A stretch of 64,000 nucleotides of DNA from Candidatus Latescibacterota bacterium (GTDB lineage: Bacteria; Latescibacterota; UBA2968; GCA-2709665): contig OZ242180.1 in assembly GCA_965205485.1 (NCBI GenBank), positions 3,328,001-3,392,000 of the forward strand, written 5' to 3'. Under the pieces are notes generated by a model. The model ran no database searches, had not been told where the DNA came from, and was given only the letters and a program-made list of their open reading frames with translations. Below, in pieces: positions 40,081 through 50,055 of the stretch (positions are counted from its first letter, which is position 1; each line of letters starts with the position of its first letter). A program made the position numbers and the translations under genes.

Positions 40081-40800
40081 ATGTTTTTTCCAAGGAATAT
40101 CGTGCGCTGGACACCGGTGTTGTTCTGCCTGGCTACCCTTGCTGGCTGTGGTCTGCTGGACAGACAGGAACAGCCGCAGATTGTGGAGCTTTCCACGGAC
40201 CAGGATGACTATCCATCCGTAGGCCGCGGAAGCAAGGTCCAGATTACGCTCTTCACTGAAGACGCGGACAACGACGAACTGGACTATCTGTGGACCGACC
40301 TCAGGAGGGAAGAGGGCGGGCAGTTCGCTGCGAGCAACCAGGATTCCCTGAGAGGGCTTTTTCAGGACTCGGTGACCGTCGTCTGGATCGCGCCCATCGT
40401 AACGGGCGTCTATACGCTCAAGGTTCAAGTTGACGACGGGAAATCAGGCACCATTACAGAGGGAATGGTCGAGATTCACGTCACCCAGGGAGCGCCCGTG
40501 GCGGATGCGGGGATTGATCGTACCGTCCCATACGCGAGCGGACTCCGCGTGACGCTGGACGGCACGGGAAGTTCGGACCCGGACCGGGACCCCCTCCGGT
40601 ATACCTGGACGCAGCTCGACGGACCCGGGGTCGATTTCGACGCCGAGAACAGCATGCCGGTCTTCCGGGCCGTTGCGCCGGCCGACTTTATCTTCGAGCT
40701 GAGCGTCCGAGACGATATTGTCGTTGCCGAAGGTGCGATTACAAGCGAACCCGACACCGTGACCGTACGCGTGGACGACCGTCTGGGGTTTGATTTCTGA
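40081..40800 (+). CDS. Lipoprotein with Ig-like/PKD domains
   Basis: Lipobox LAGC; PVADAG.D, VTLDG.GSSDPD.D.L.Y.WTQ. Confidence 0.78.
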   Translation: MFFPRNIVRWTPVLFCLATLAGCGLLDRQEQPQIVELSTDQDDYPSVGRGSKVQITLFTEDADNDELDYLWTDLRREEGGQFAASNQDSLRGLFQDSVTVVWIAPIVTGVYTLKVQVDDGKSGTITEGMVEIHVTQGAPVADAGIDRTVPYASGLRVTLDGTGSSDPDRDPLRYTWTQLDGPGVDFDAENSMPVFRAVAPADFIFELSVRDDIVVAEGAITSEPDTVTVRVDDRLGFDF

Positions 40801-40828
40801 AAGCTTTTCACGCTGGGCAATGAATCAG

Positions 40829-40858
40829 AAAGCAGGCGTTGACCTGCTTTTCTTTTTT
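40829..40858 (+). terminator. Probable intrinsic terminator
   Basis: AAAGCAGG-cgttga-CCTGCTTT followed by T-rich tail. Confidence 0.6.
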
Positions 40859-40873
40859 GCGGTATCGGAGGGA

Positions 40874-42130
40874 ATGTTGGCGCGGGTTTCAGAGAATTCG
40901 GTCTTCATCACGGTGGAGAAGGGCGCCCACCTCCTTGGGGGGATGCTGCTTCTGGTGGGTGTGGCGCGTCTTCTCGGGGAAAGCGGACTGGCCGATTACG
41001 CCTTTGTCATTGGCCTGACCGCTTTTTTCGTTCCAATTCTGGATGCGGGAACGAACAACAGGATCATCAAAGCCGCGGCTTCGAGTCCGGCGGAGGGCCG
41101 CGTCGCGTGCCTGGAGGCCCTGTCGTTCAAGCTGGTCCTGGCCCTGCCCGCACTGGTGGTGATGGCAGGGGTTGCGTGGGCGATAGGCGCCGGGCCGGAT
41201 GTGACGCTGGCCGTGCTGCTCGTGGGCGTTTCCACGGTTTCGATGAGTATGGGGGACGGGCTCAATGCGGTTTTCAAAGGCCTCCAGCGCTCGGGAACCT
41301 GCGCCCTGCTGATGCTGGGACTTAACGTCCTCCTGCTGGCAAGCGGGGTTGGCGCGATGATTGCCGGCTGGGGTCTTGTCGGCGTCGCATCGTGCTATCT
41401 GGTCTGCCGGGCGGGCTATCTCGCGGCCGGGTTCGTCCTGGTCCGGAGGGCGGCGGGTGAACTTGGCCCTGTTCTTCGAGCGGAATTCAACCGGCATCGG
41501 ATCGTAGACGGGTTGAAGCATCTGCCCGCGGTGTATTACCTGATCAACCTGTTGAGTCTGAATTACCTTGCGATCTATCATCAGACCGGAGGCGGCGCCG
41601 AAGCCGGATTTCTGGCCGTCGGGTTCCGTCTGGCGGCGGCGCTGCTCATTCTGATCGGTGCGAGTTTCGAGGCCGTCCTGCCCGCGCTCAGCACACGGCT
41701 GACCGATGGGCAGGCGTTCATGAAACTCGTCGTCCGGTCTGCGGTTACGCTGACGGGAATTGCCCTTGCGGCTTCGGTGGCCGTGCAACTGATGCTTGGA
41801 CCGGCGGTAACGTGGCTTCTGGGGCAGGCATATCTTCCCGCGTTGCCGTTCGCAATGCAACTGGTCTGGTGTGTGCCGCCTTTTGTGTTGTGCGGCGTGG
41901 CACACACAACGCTGCTCGCTGCCCACGAGCAGGGTCGCGCGGCAGGGTGGATGGCGGTGCTGGTTGTCGTTGGCGCGGTCGCGAGTGTCTTCGCGTACCA
42001 ATACCATGGCCCCGTATTGACGGCGTTTGTTCCCGCGGTCTCCGCATGTGCGCTGGGTGTTGTACTATGGTGGCTTGTGGGAAGCCGTAGAGAGGTGATC
42101 CATGGGTCCGCGGCCGGGCAGGGTTCATAG
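40874..42130 (+). CDS. Oligosaccharide flippase (Wzx/MOP)-like membrane protein
   Basis: Many TM helices; VARLLG...DYAFV..LDAG pattern. Confidence 0.72.
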   Translation: MLARVSENSVFITVEKGAHLLGGMLLLVGVARLLGESGLADYAFVIGLTAFFVPILDAGTNNRIIKAAASSPAEGRVACLEALSFKLVLALPALVVMAGVAWAIGAGPDVTLAVLLVGVSTVSMSMGDGLNAVFKGLQRSGTCALLMLGLNVLLLASGVGAMIAGWGLVGVASCYLVCRAGYLAAGFVLVRRAAGELGPVLRAEFNRHRIVDGLKHLPAVYYLINLLSLNYLAIYHQTGGGAEAGFLAVGFRLAAALLILIGASFEAVLPALSTRLTDGQAFMKLVVRSAVTLTGIALAASVAVQLMLGPAVTWLLGQAYLPALPFAMQLVWCVPPFVLCGVAHTTLLAAHEQGRAAGWMAVLVVVGAVASVFAYQYHGPVLTAFVPAVSACALGVVLWWLVGSRREVIHGSAAGQGS

Positions 42131-42294
42131 TGTCCTGTCCCAAAAATTCCTCACCATTCGACCGACGATTCATCCCGTCTCGCTACGTTGCCCTCGCTCG
42201 CCGACCATACGCAGGTCGCCTGCGCTCAGGCGCCTTGCGAGCCGGGCGACTCGGCGGTCGAATTTAGGCAACTTATTTCCGGGACAGAACACTA
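42128..42294. mobile_element. MITE family C (IS630-like ends) between convergent genes
   Basis: TIR TAGTGTCCTGTCCC / GGGACAGAACACTA (13/14); internal inverted pair TTCGACCG / CGGTCGAA. Confidence 0.7.
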
Positions 42295-44418
42295 GAAAAG
42301 GCTGAGTTGTATGCCCGCGGGTTGTTTCCGGAGTGGAAAAAGTCGATCGAATTCAATTTCGCCGAAGACGCCACGGAAGCGTCCCGCCATATCGTGCAGT
42401 CTTCGCAACAGATATCCCCTGTCTTCGTCGTTGTCGTAGTTTTCGATTCGTGCCAGGCTGCCGTCGTTTCTCTGGTACACCGCAATCCTGTCTCCCGCCT
42501 TACTTCCCTCTGCGGCGACGGCCAGTCGCCTCAGGTTCGGATTCGAGAACGTTTTCTCGGTGACGGTCTCCCTGCGGCAGATGTCTGCCCGATCGAATTG
42601 ACCGGCCCCCAGACCGTCCGCATACTGCATGTACAGGGCCGACGCGGCATCGGACTGCCGGTTGATCAGCAGCGGGGCGAGCTTCCGGACGAACTCACGG
42701 AAGACCCGTTCGTCGCGGCGGCTGCGCAGGCTGCTGCCCTTGACGATGAGGCGTTCGTCGTAGTCGACCAGAACGTAGTTCTTGGCTTTGAGGCTGAGCA
42801 TGCCCCGGAACCTGCCGTCGTGGGAAAGGCGGATGCCGTCGGGCAGTTCCCGGGACAGCGCTTCAACGAAATCGTACTCTTCACTCTCCGATCGGACTCC
42901 GGGGGGCACCACGAAATACACACCGTCGGTATCCGCTTCGATGAGGCGTGCGCCCCGCTCCCGCAGCATTGTCACAACCTGCCGGGCGATCTGCTGGCCG
43001 AGGCTCGTGACGCGTGCCGCCGCCCTGTAGTCGTTGAAATTCGCCCTTCCGTACGCCAGGTATCCGTAGAACGAGTTGATCAGGAGTTTGTAACTTCCCT
43101 GCAGGCCGTCCCAGTAGGAACGGTCCGCGTCGGTATCGGCTTTTTTCAGGCTGGCTTTCGCCTTGAGGCGTCGTCCGGTCAGGCGCCTCAGCATCGGCAG
43201 GAACACGTTTTCTGTGTCGGAAACGGGTCGAATGCCGTAGTTTAACATAATTGACGGGTAGAGGCTCTCCACGTCCGCCTTGACAACCCGGTTGAAGACG
43301 CCCGAGGCGAAGAGTTCGGTATATCCTCCCCCGAAAGGCTCGGAGTGCCGAGGCCTCGGCACGGCGAGGCCACGCCGGAGATAGGCGCCGATCATCAGGG
43401 CGTTGATCTTCTCGCCCGGTCCGGTAATTGCTGCATCCTGAAGCCGGTAAGGCAACACCTGGGTCTGGTAGAACTCGGTGGTGGCGACCATTTCGCTCAG
43501 TGCTCGCACGTCACGGACGTCGTCCAGCGCGTAGTCCGCGACCCGGCCCGGGTCGTCTCGCCAGGTCTTGTGGATATCGGCCCCCTCGATGAAGACGCGG
43601 TCCCCACGCTCCAGGCCAAGCGAACGGACGGCGTTCTTCAGGCCGTAGCTCTCCAGGCGACCGCCGATGTCGTATCGCTGGACCTGGTGAAGGGTGTCGA
43701 TAATGTGACGGCCGTGGATGGTTGCGGGGCGAAACGTGGGACTTCGGGCGCCCACCCTGTACCGGCGCATGCCGTTCCCGGCCTTCAGTTCGGAGCCGTC
43801 GCGGCCCCAGGGCAGGCTGACGTTTAACGCGCGGGCGCGCACCTGGATGTAATTGAGGTCGAAGTCAAAGATGTTGTGGCCTTCGATGATGTCCGGGTCG
43901 CGGCTCCGGATGCGGTGATTCAGCGCCTCTAGCAGTGCGCCTTCGGACATCCCGCCGGCGCCGAGTACTTCCTCGTAATTCCTGTTGTCGGAAAGCGCGG
44001 CCAGGATGATGCGTGCGTCCCGCGCTTGGGGATTCAGCCCTGTGGTTTCGATATCCAGCTGAAGGCGATGGGCGTCATTGTAACGCAGGCCGCGATAAAG
44101 CGTGTTTCCGGAAAGCATCAGGTGCTGTTTGACCGGGTTGTTGAAGTCGAAATGGACGATGCCGTCGGCGGACAGGCGTCCGCGGGCATCCAGAAAATCG
44201 CTCCAGGAGTGGAAGTGAACCAGAAACCGGAACTGGCCGCCGCCTTTGAGATGGCTTATCTTCCTTACGCCGGCGAGGCCGGCCCTGTCGCACTCCTCGG
44301 GCGCCTCGACCAGCAGCCACGGTGAAAAAAGATGGGTCTCGCGTCCGGCCCGGGTATAGTACGCCATCTTGTTGCCGTCAACCAGTTCGACAGCCAGGAT
44401 TTCGGATTGTGGACGCAT
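42292..44418 (-). CDS. polB: Family B DNA polymerase with 3'-5' exonuclease domain
   Basis: LDIETTG, GHNIFDFD, YALDD, DVESLYPS, KLLINSFYG, ADTDG, KNY; C-terminal QLSLF; start uncertain. Confidence 0.93.
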   Translation of the reverse strand: MRPQSEILAVELVDGNKMAYYTRAGRETHLFSPWLLVEAPEECDRAGLAGVRKISHLKGGGQFRFLVHFHSWSDFLDARGRLSADGIVHFDFNNPVKQHLMLSGNTLYRGLRYNDAHRLQLDIETTGLNPQARDARIILAALSDNRNYEEVLGAGGMSEGALLEALNHRIRSRDPDIIEGHNIFDFDLNYIQVRARALNVSLPWGRDGSELKAGNGMRRYRVGARSPTFRPATIHGRHIIDTLHQVQRYDIGGRLESYGLKNAVRSLGLERGDRVFIEGADIHKTWRDDPGRVADYALDDVRDVRALSEMVATTEFYQTQVLPYRLQDAAITGPGEKINALMIGAYLRRGLAVPRPRHSEPFGGGYTELFASGVFNRVVKADVESLYPSIMLNYGIRPVSDTENVFLPMLRRLTGRRLKAKASLKKADTDADRSYWDGLQGSYKLLINSFYGYLAYGRANFNDYRAAARVTSLGQQIARQVVTMLRERGARLIEADTDGVYFVVPPGVRSESEEYDFVEALSRELPDGIRLSHDGRFRGMLSLKAKNYVLVDYDERLIVKGSSLRSRRDERVFREFVRKLAPLLINRQSDAASALYMQYADGLGAGQFDRADICRRETVTEKTFSNPNLRRLAVAAEGSKAGDRIAVYQRNDGSLARIENYDNDEDRGYLLRRLHDMAGRFRGVFGEIEFDRLFPLRKQPAGIQLSLF

Positions 44419-44534
44419 GGTTCGCAGCCCGGTTGAATTCTGGACGGGATCGGGTCTCGTACAATACAATATAGCCAAGTGACGCGCGTCCCGGAAGGGC
44501 AATGCGGAAGAACGCCCCCGGCGGAGTTACGAAA

Positions 44535-45281
44535 ATGAACCGACTACAGCCTGAGACCGGATCCGCCCCTCCCGCGACTGAGCGGTCGCGAACGGCGCTG
44601 CTGCTTCGCGCTGGCACGTGGGTCGTGCTGGCGGTATCGTTGTCGGGGCCGGCGTGGTGGGCCTGGACGCAGGAGCCCGATGCCGCCGGCCGGGCGGTCG
44701 GTTTCCTCGCGGCGTTTCCCCTGTTTCTGATTCTCGTCGATCTCTGGACCCTCGCAATCGCCCGATTCTGGCGTCCTTCGCGTTCGCCTCTGAGGGTGCC
44801 GGCCCGAACTCCGATCGTCCTCGCGATCCTGCATACGGGGCTCTGGCTGTGCATGCGCTATCTGCTCGCGCCCGAAGTCCTCGATCGCTCCGGTGTGTCG
44901 GCCGGCGGGGAAGGGGACCTGGCGATACGATGGGGGATGGCGCTGTTGTTCGGCGTGCTATGGATGGTGGGAACCGTCGCCGTCCTCCTTGAAATCAGGC
45001 TCTTGCGCTGGGTGCTGATCTCGGAGGATACGGCGGTTGTTGAAGAGAAACCTGAAGAAGCCGAAGAACCGTCCGACATGCCCGCCGGGCCGGAGCACAA
45101 CTACGAGGTGCAGACGATCCTGAATGGACTGGGATACGAAACCGGACCGGTAGACGGGGAACTGAACGACGCCACCCGGGAGGCGTTGAGAAAGTTCCAG
45201 GCCGATGCCGGATTGGAACCGACCGGGGAGGTGACCATGCTGACCGTCATCGAATTGCGGAACCGGTGGGGGGAGAGGTGA
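44535..45281 (+). CDS. Membrane protein with C-terminal peptidoglycan-binding domain
   Basis: About 4 TM helices; VQTILNGLGY..GPVDG...TREALRKFQ..GL.PTG. Confidence 0.85.
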   Translation: MNRLQPETGSAPPATERSRTALLLRAGTWVVLAVSLSGPAWWAWTQEPDAAGRAVGFLAAFPLFLILVDLWTLAIARFWRPSRSPLRVPARTPIVLAILHTGLWLCMRYLLAPEVLDRSGVSAGGEGDLAIRWGMALLFGVLWMVGTVAVLLEIRLLRWVLISEDTAVVEEKPEEAEEPSDMPAGPEHNYEVQTILNGLGYETGPVDGELNDATREALRKFQADAGLEPTGEVTMLTVIELRNRWGER

Positions 45282-45421
45282 CGCTTGTTTTGAGAGCGAC
45301 CTTCCAGAGGCCGCTCGATGCATTGATGGGAGAATGGGAGACAGTTTTTAATTAGAGACGATGCCACCATAGGAAGCATTCCTGAACATGTTCGGGCTAC
45401 AAGCTTCAGCGTGGATTATTC

Positions 45422-45490
45422 CCCGAACGTTCGCAGATCTTCGGATCAGGTACGTATTGCCGTGACTGTTCGGTAATACCGTAGTTAGCC
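45422..45490 (+). repeat. Degenerate attC-like site
   Basis: CCCGAAC...GTTAGCC(GCAAT) ends about 70 bp apart. Confidence 0.35.
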
Positions 45491-45498
45491 GCAATTGA

Positions 45499-45689
45499 CC
45501 TTGATTCGTCAGTCTTCGGGGACGTTAATTCGAATATGTGCGAGTTAATAAAGGCGATTAGACTGCTGATTACCAGGATACATCAGGTCACTGGACGTGA
45601 AGGGAAAAAATGTCCTTCTATACGTCGATATTGCCCCGTTTCGGAGGGTTTTATCGCGTCGCCGCGTTGCTGTTTATTTCCGATTGAGG
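45499..45689 (+). mobile_element. MITE-like repeat family A, copy 1
   Basis: CCTTGATTCG...AATTCGAATATGTG...AAGGCGATTAGAC...CAGGATACA...CCGCGTTGC...ATTGAGG; four homologous copies. Confidence 0.85.
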
Positions 45690-45796
45690 TTAACAGAGCA
45701 TTGATTTCCAAAGGTAGTTAGACAGCACGAGACAGCCTGTCCGTACTTTTACTGTCCAATTACGACGCAATTCTTACAGCAACACAAGAGGATATA

Positions 45797-46716
45797 ATGG
45801 ACATTTCTACTGAACCGTGCCCTGGGCAGCTACGCCAACACTCTTACGCCGTGGTGCGCGGTTTGTTCGACGCAGCGACGACAGAAAGGCTGCGCGAGAT
45901 CTGTGAGCGAGTGCTGGAACAGTGGCGGCGCGCTCCTCGCTGTGACAATCCACCGGTGGGGCCCCAGGCCAATTACATGAGGCACCTGAACGACCCGGAA
46001 TATCACCGCGATCACCCCGACGATCTTGCCTTTCTGCTCAATGCCATGGGGTCGCCCCAGGTTGTCGAATCGCTGAGCGCAGCCCTGGATGAAGAATTCC
46101 TCTTCGCCTTGAGCAGTCTCTACTTTAATCCGACCGGAGAAAGCCAGGACGGATTTTGGCACAAGGACAAGATCGGTGCAGAAGCAGACGTATCCCGGAG
46201 ACCGGAGACCGGAGCCGGGTTGCAGATGCAAATCGCATTGGTCCCTACGGACGATCTCGAAGTGGTGCCGGGGTCTCACCTGCGTGACTACTCCCCGAAG
46301 AGCACGCGATCTGCGTCGCCGATGATGGGATCCACAACCGCTCGAACGATATGCCAGGCGCCGTTCGTCTCCACCAGGAACCCGGTGACGCGGTGCTGTT
46401 TACCCAGTTGTGCATTCATCGGGGCCGCTATCACACCGACAAGCTCAGGCGCTCGTTGATGATCTCGGTAAAAAAACGGGCCGCCGCAGAGTTCACGATG
46501 CGCCAGCGGGGGCTGAACTACGCCAGTGACCAGCCATGGTTTTTGCTGCCGCAATACTTCGATGGCGTCAGTGAGGATGCGCGAGCGTTCTTCCAGGAAT
46601 TCGTCGGCTTCTACGCCCCGCATTGGCGTGCCCGGCTGACGGAGGTGTTGAAGTACTCGAGTCTGGTACAAAGGCTGGTGGAAGCCGGCGAGCCGTACCC
46701 GTTTTTTGGTGAGTGA
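45797..46716 (+). pseudogene. Phytanoyl-CoA dioxygenase (PhyH) family, frameshifted at C-run 46293-46296
   Basis: WHKD, VVPGSH in first ORF; PGDAVLF..IHRG..RR in second ORF. Confidence 0.8.
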
Positions 46717-46820
46717 GAAGTCTGTCGGTAATTCCGGAGTTATGGGCCATGCGTCCCCAGGCATCGTAGCTGCCGGAAGGGTGCGAAACACCGGAAGCCG
46801 TCCAGAATCAGCAGGAGACT

Positions 46821-47504
46821 ATGACTTCCTTGAATTCCAACCAGGATGGCGCCCGATACGACGGCTGGGCGACGTGGTACGATGAATATCTCAAGATGCC
46901 ATTCTACGAGAACATCCCGGCTCATCTATCGCGTTTGGTTGGACCCGGCTCAGGACTCTGTGTGGACATTGGTTGCGGAACAGGTGTGCATCTCCAGCTA
47001 CTGCAATCGCTTGGCTGGTCCGTGATTGGAGTCGACCTTTCAGCCGACCAGCTTCGACTGGCAAGTGATCGCTCTCCGAGGGTTGTCCAGGCCAATGCGT
47101 GTAGTCTGCCTTTCTCGTCAGCCACGTTTCGACGCGTCGTGTCGGTATTGACACTTACTGATTTCGATGATGTAGGGCCATTCTTCTCGGAAGCACACCG
47201 CGTCCTGGATCGTCACGGGCGTTTCGTTATCCTGGGCACACATCCCTGTTTTCTGGGACCATTTGCGACCATCGAGAGAGACACGGGAATTGCCAGGATC
47301 CATCCGGGTTACCGGGAAACAGCACGAGTTTTCGAAGGTCCTGGATTGGGTGAGGGCATTCGGTCGAAGGTGGGTGTCCGGCACGTTCCTCTTGCCGAAC
47401 TCTTCAACAAACTGCTCGCTGCTGACTTGCGGCTCGAATCAGTTGCCGAATTGGATGGTGACACGCTCCCATCTCTGCTGGCGTTCGTTGCAACCAAAGC
47501 CTGA
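46821..47504 (+). CDS. Class I SAM-dependent methyltransferase
   Basis: VDIGCGTG, GVDLS, LPF, RVL..GRF, HPCF. Confidence 0.9.
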   Translation: MTSLNSNQDGARYDGWATWYDEYLKMPFYENIPAHLSRLVGPGSGLCVDIGCGTGVHLQLLQSLGWSVIGVDLSADQLRLASDRSPRVVQANACSLPFSSATFRRVVSVLTLTDFDDVGPFFSEAHRVLDRHGRFVILGTHPCFLGPFATIERDTGIARIHPGYRETARVFEGPGLGEGIRSKVGVRHVPLAELFNKLLAADLRLESVAELDGDTLPSLLAFVATKA

Positions 47505-47696
47505 CCTTGATTCGTAAGTTTTCAGATGACGTTAATTCGAATATGTGCTTGTAAATAAAGGCGATTAGACTGCGGATTACCAGGATACACCAGGACACTG
47601 TACGTGAACTGAAAAAATGTCCTTCATGACGACCATTTCGTCCTGTTTCGAAGGGTTTCGTCGAGGTACCGCGTTGCGGCTTTTGCGGAATTGAGG
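47505..47696 (+). mobile_element. MITE-like repeat family A, copy 2
   Basis: Homologous to copy 1; flanked by direct CTGA/CTGA. Confidence 0.85.
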
Positions 47697-47794
47697 CTGA
47701 TTGCTCAATAGATCGACACATCGGGGGAAATCTGAAGGCTTGCGCGCAATCTCTGCACGTTCGTTATTGACTGGCTCAGGATCTCGGAACTGAT

Positions 47795-48592
47795 ATGAAC
47801 CGCATACACGAAGCCAACCGTCAGCTGTGGAATGATCAGGTCGCTATCTGGGAAGAAAGGAGCAACCGAGAAGGTCGGTGGCACCGATGCCACGAAGATC
47901 CTGATCTGGCGTTCGAAGGTGGAGCTCTTCAACTGATTCAGACGTTTACTGGCGGGTTGAGCAACAAGAAGGCATGCGTTATCGGCAGCGGTGACAATAT
48001 GGCAGCGTTCGCTCTTGCAGGCCTGGGTGCGCAAGTTACGTCGACGGACATTTCGGAAGAGCGATTAGCGATGGGGTCACGTAGAGCTGAGCAACTCGGT
48101 CTATCAATCTCATTCGTTCGATCGGATGCCGCTTATCTGGAATCGTTGGCCGATTCGAGCTTTGACCTCGTATGCTCCACAAATGGGTTTTTTGTGTGGA
48201 TCGCCGATCTCGAAGCGGTTTTCTGGGAGGTCGCTCGAATTCTAAAACCCGGTGGCTCTTTCGTGTATTTTGATATCCACCCATTTCAGCGACCATGGAA
48301 GGACCAGGGGATCCCAATTGAGATGGAAAAGTCGTATTGATCCACAGGTCCATTTCAGCCGCGAGATAGAGACTCTTATGAATTCCACTGGACTTTGGCT
48401 GACCTTTTGAACCCAATGGCTACGGGGGGACTGATGTTGGTCAAGGTCCTGGAGCGTCCGGCTCGCGACACACGGTATTGGAAGGAGTCCTCTCAATGCG
48501 ATGTTGAGGACGAAACCATCATGGATTGGAGTGAGAATCCCCGAGCTGGACTCCCCGTATGGCTGACCGTTGCGGCGCGTAAGACAGTTTAG
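47795..48592 (+). pseudogene. Class I SAM methyltransferase with in-frame TGA at 48338-48340
   Basis: GSGD, TDIS, FDLV, RILKPGG, HPF; same frame continues through HWTLADLLN to 48592. Confidence 0.8.
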
Positions 48593-48612
48593 CGGGAGAG
48601 TCGAGAAACGTC

Positions 48613-48711
48613 GTGCAACAGCACGGTTTTCGCTACGGCGCTGGACGCGCCTGGGTCCTGTCGGACAACCCCTCGCCAAGCTCGGGTTCGCAAACCGGCG
48701 AAACGTTATAT
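48613..48711 (+). repeat. attC-like site
   Basis: R'' GTGCAAC...inner arms CGGTTTTCG/CGCAAACCG...R' GTTATAT; homologous to the 58665 site. Confidence 0.65.
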
Positions 48712-48783
48712 GCCATGGCAGTTTTGACACTGTTGTGAGAAGCAAGAGGGACAGACCGTACCTGGAACCTCCTGAGATGGTCA

Positions 48784-49074
48784 ATGTCCGAGATAATTGA
48801 GCCGCTCAGCGCAGATCGGGTGAACTGGTTGGCGGAGGAGTTTGCCAAGCGCGCCTGTTCGAAATCGGATGGATACTTCGCACAATGCTTTGACGCGCAG
48901 GAACGCGGGGAGATGATCGTCCTCGTTTCCCGAAACGGCGAAAAGCTCTTGGGATTCCTGAAAGTAGTCTGGAGTCAGACGTACGAGCCGTTTCGTGATC
49001 AAGGCATCCCAGAAATTCAAGATCTCAATGTTGTGTCAGAGGCAAAACCATCCCCACACCAGTGGGCTATCTAA
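48784..49074 (+). pseudogene. Truncated GNAT N-acetyltransferase
   Basis: LLGF..V.W...Y.PF...IPEIQDLNV then stops before the acetyl-CoA motif A. Confidence 0.65.
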
Positions 49075-49190
49075 TAAGGCTGGGCGCAAAAAGCGCTTTG
49101 GTTTCCGCCCGATTCAAGTTATATTTTGGGAAATAGTTGTATTTGTTTGGCTTAATGGATATTTTCGAGCGAAGGATCGGAGGCCATTAC

Positions 49191-49493
49191 ATGTCTGCAA
49201 AGACGCTAGACCAGCATATTGAGACAACTCCTGGCGTTTCAGGAGGAAAACCGCGCATTGCCGGGCATCGTATTACCGTGCAAAATATCGTGATCTGGCA
49301 TGAGCGGATGGGAAAAAGCGCGGACGAAATTGCGACAGAATATGACCTGACCTTGGCGGACATTTATGCGGCATTGAGTTACTATTTTGATCACCGTGAT
49401 GAGTTGGACCGGGATATAGAAGAAAGTGAGGAATTCGGTGAAACATTACGCCGACAAAGCCTTTCCCGACTGAAATCAAAGCTCCAGGAATAG
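49191..49493 (+). CDS. DUF433 antitoxin-like protein
   Basis: TPGVSGGKPRIAGHRITV, LTLADIYAALSYY. Confidence 0.92.
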   Translation: MSAKTLDQHIETTPGVSGGKPRIAGHRITVQNIVIWHERMGKSADEIATEYDLTLADIYAALSYYFDHRDELDRDIEESEEFGETLRRQSLSRLKSKLQE

Positions 49494-49500
49494 GAGCCAC

Positions 49501-49830
49501 ATGGCTAAGGTCAGATTCTATACCGATGAACACGTCTCGAAGGCTGTGGTGATGGGATTGCGCCAAAGGGGAGCAGATGTTCTCACCGTTAGTGAAGCAG
49601 GTCTACTGGGCGCCTCAGACGAGGAACATTTGAGGAAGGCACGGGCAGAAGGACGGATTATTTTCACTCAAGATATCGATTTCTTACGCCTGTCTGCGGC
49701 AGGCATCGAGCACACAGGGATCGTCTACACATCTCAGGTCACTACGACAGGCGGTATTATCCGCGGTCTTATGTTGATTTATCAGGTCTTGGAAGCGGAA
49801 GAAATGGAAGGTCACATTGAGTATTTGTGA
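49501..49830 (+). CDS. DUF5615 PIN-like toxin
   Basis: FYTDEHV, LR..G.DV, GASDEEHL..A, TQD.DF. Confidence 0.88.
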   Translation: MAKVRFYTDEHVSKAVVMGLRQRGADVLTVSEAGLLGASDEEHLRKARAEGRIIFTQDIDFLRLSAAGIEHTGIVYTSQVTTTGGIIRGLMLIYQVLEAEEMEGHIEYL

Positions 49831-49874
49831 CGACTTAATGCAGAGGTCTGAGAGAGAAAAAAAAGGGAAAACAG

Positions 49875-49904
49875 AGGGGTGATGGTCGCCCCTTCTTTAT
49901 TTTT
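49875..49904 (+). terminator. Probable terminator after TA pair
   Basis: AGGGGTGA-tgg-TCGCCCCT plus T-rich tail. Confidence 0.55.
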
Positions 49905-49926
49905 CTAATGACAAAAACGGCACTCC

Positions 49927-50023
49927 GTCTAACACCAAACTCCCGGCTGCGGTCGCTGCGCTCCCTCCGACCCAACCATTCCTCGTTCCTCGGTCGGGTT
50001 CGGGAAGCGGCAAGACGTTATGT
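49927..50023 (+). repeat. attC-like site
   Basis: R'' GTCTAAC, inner CTCCCG/CGGGAAG and CCGACC/GGTCGG arms, R' GTTATGT. Confidence 0.75.
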
Positions 50024-50055
50024 GAAATGCATTTTGGACAATTCTCGAACGCAGG

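Noticed and set aside
45381..45400. GAACATGTTC palindrome as a LexA box
   Set aside because: Spacing is N2, not GAAC-N4-GTTC; no SOS gene directly downstream
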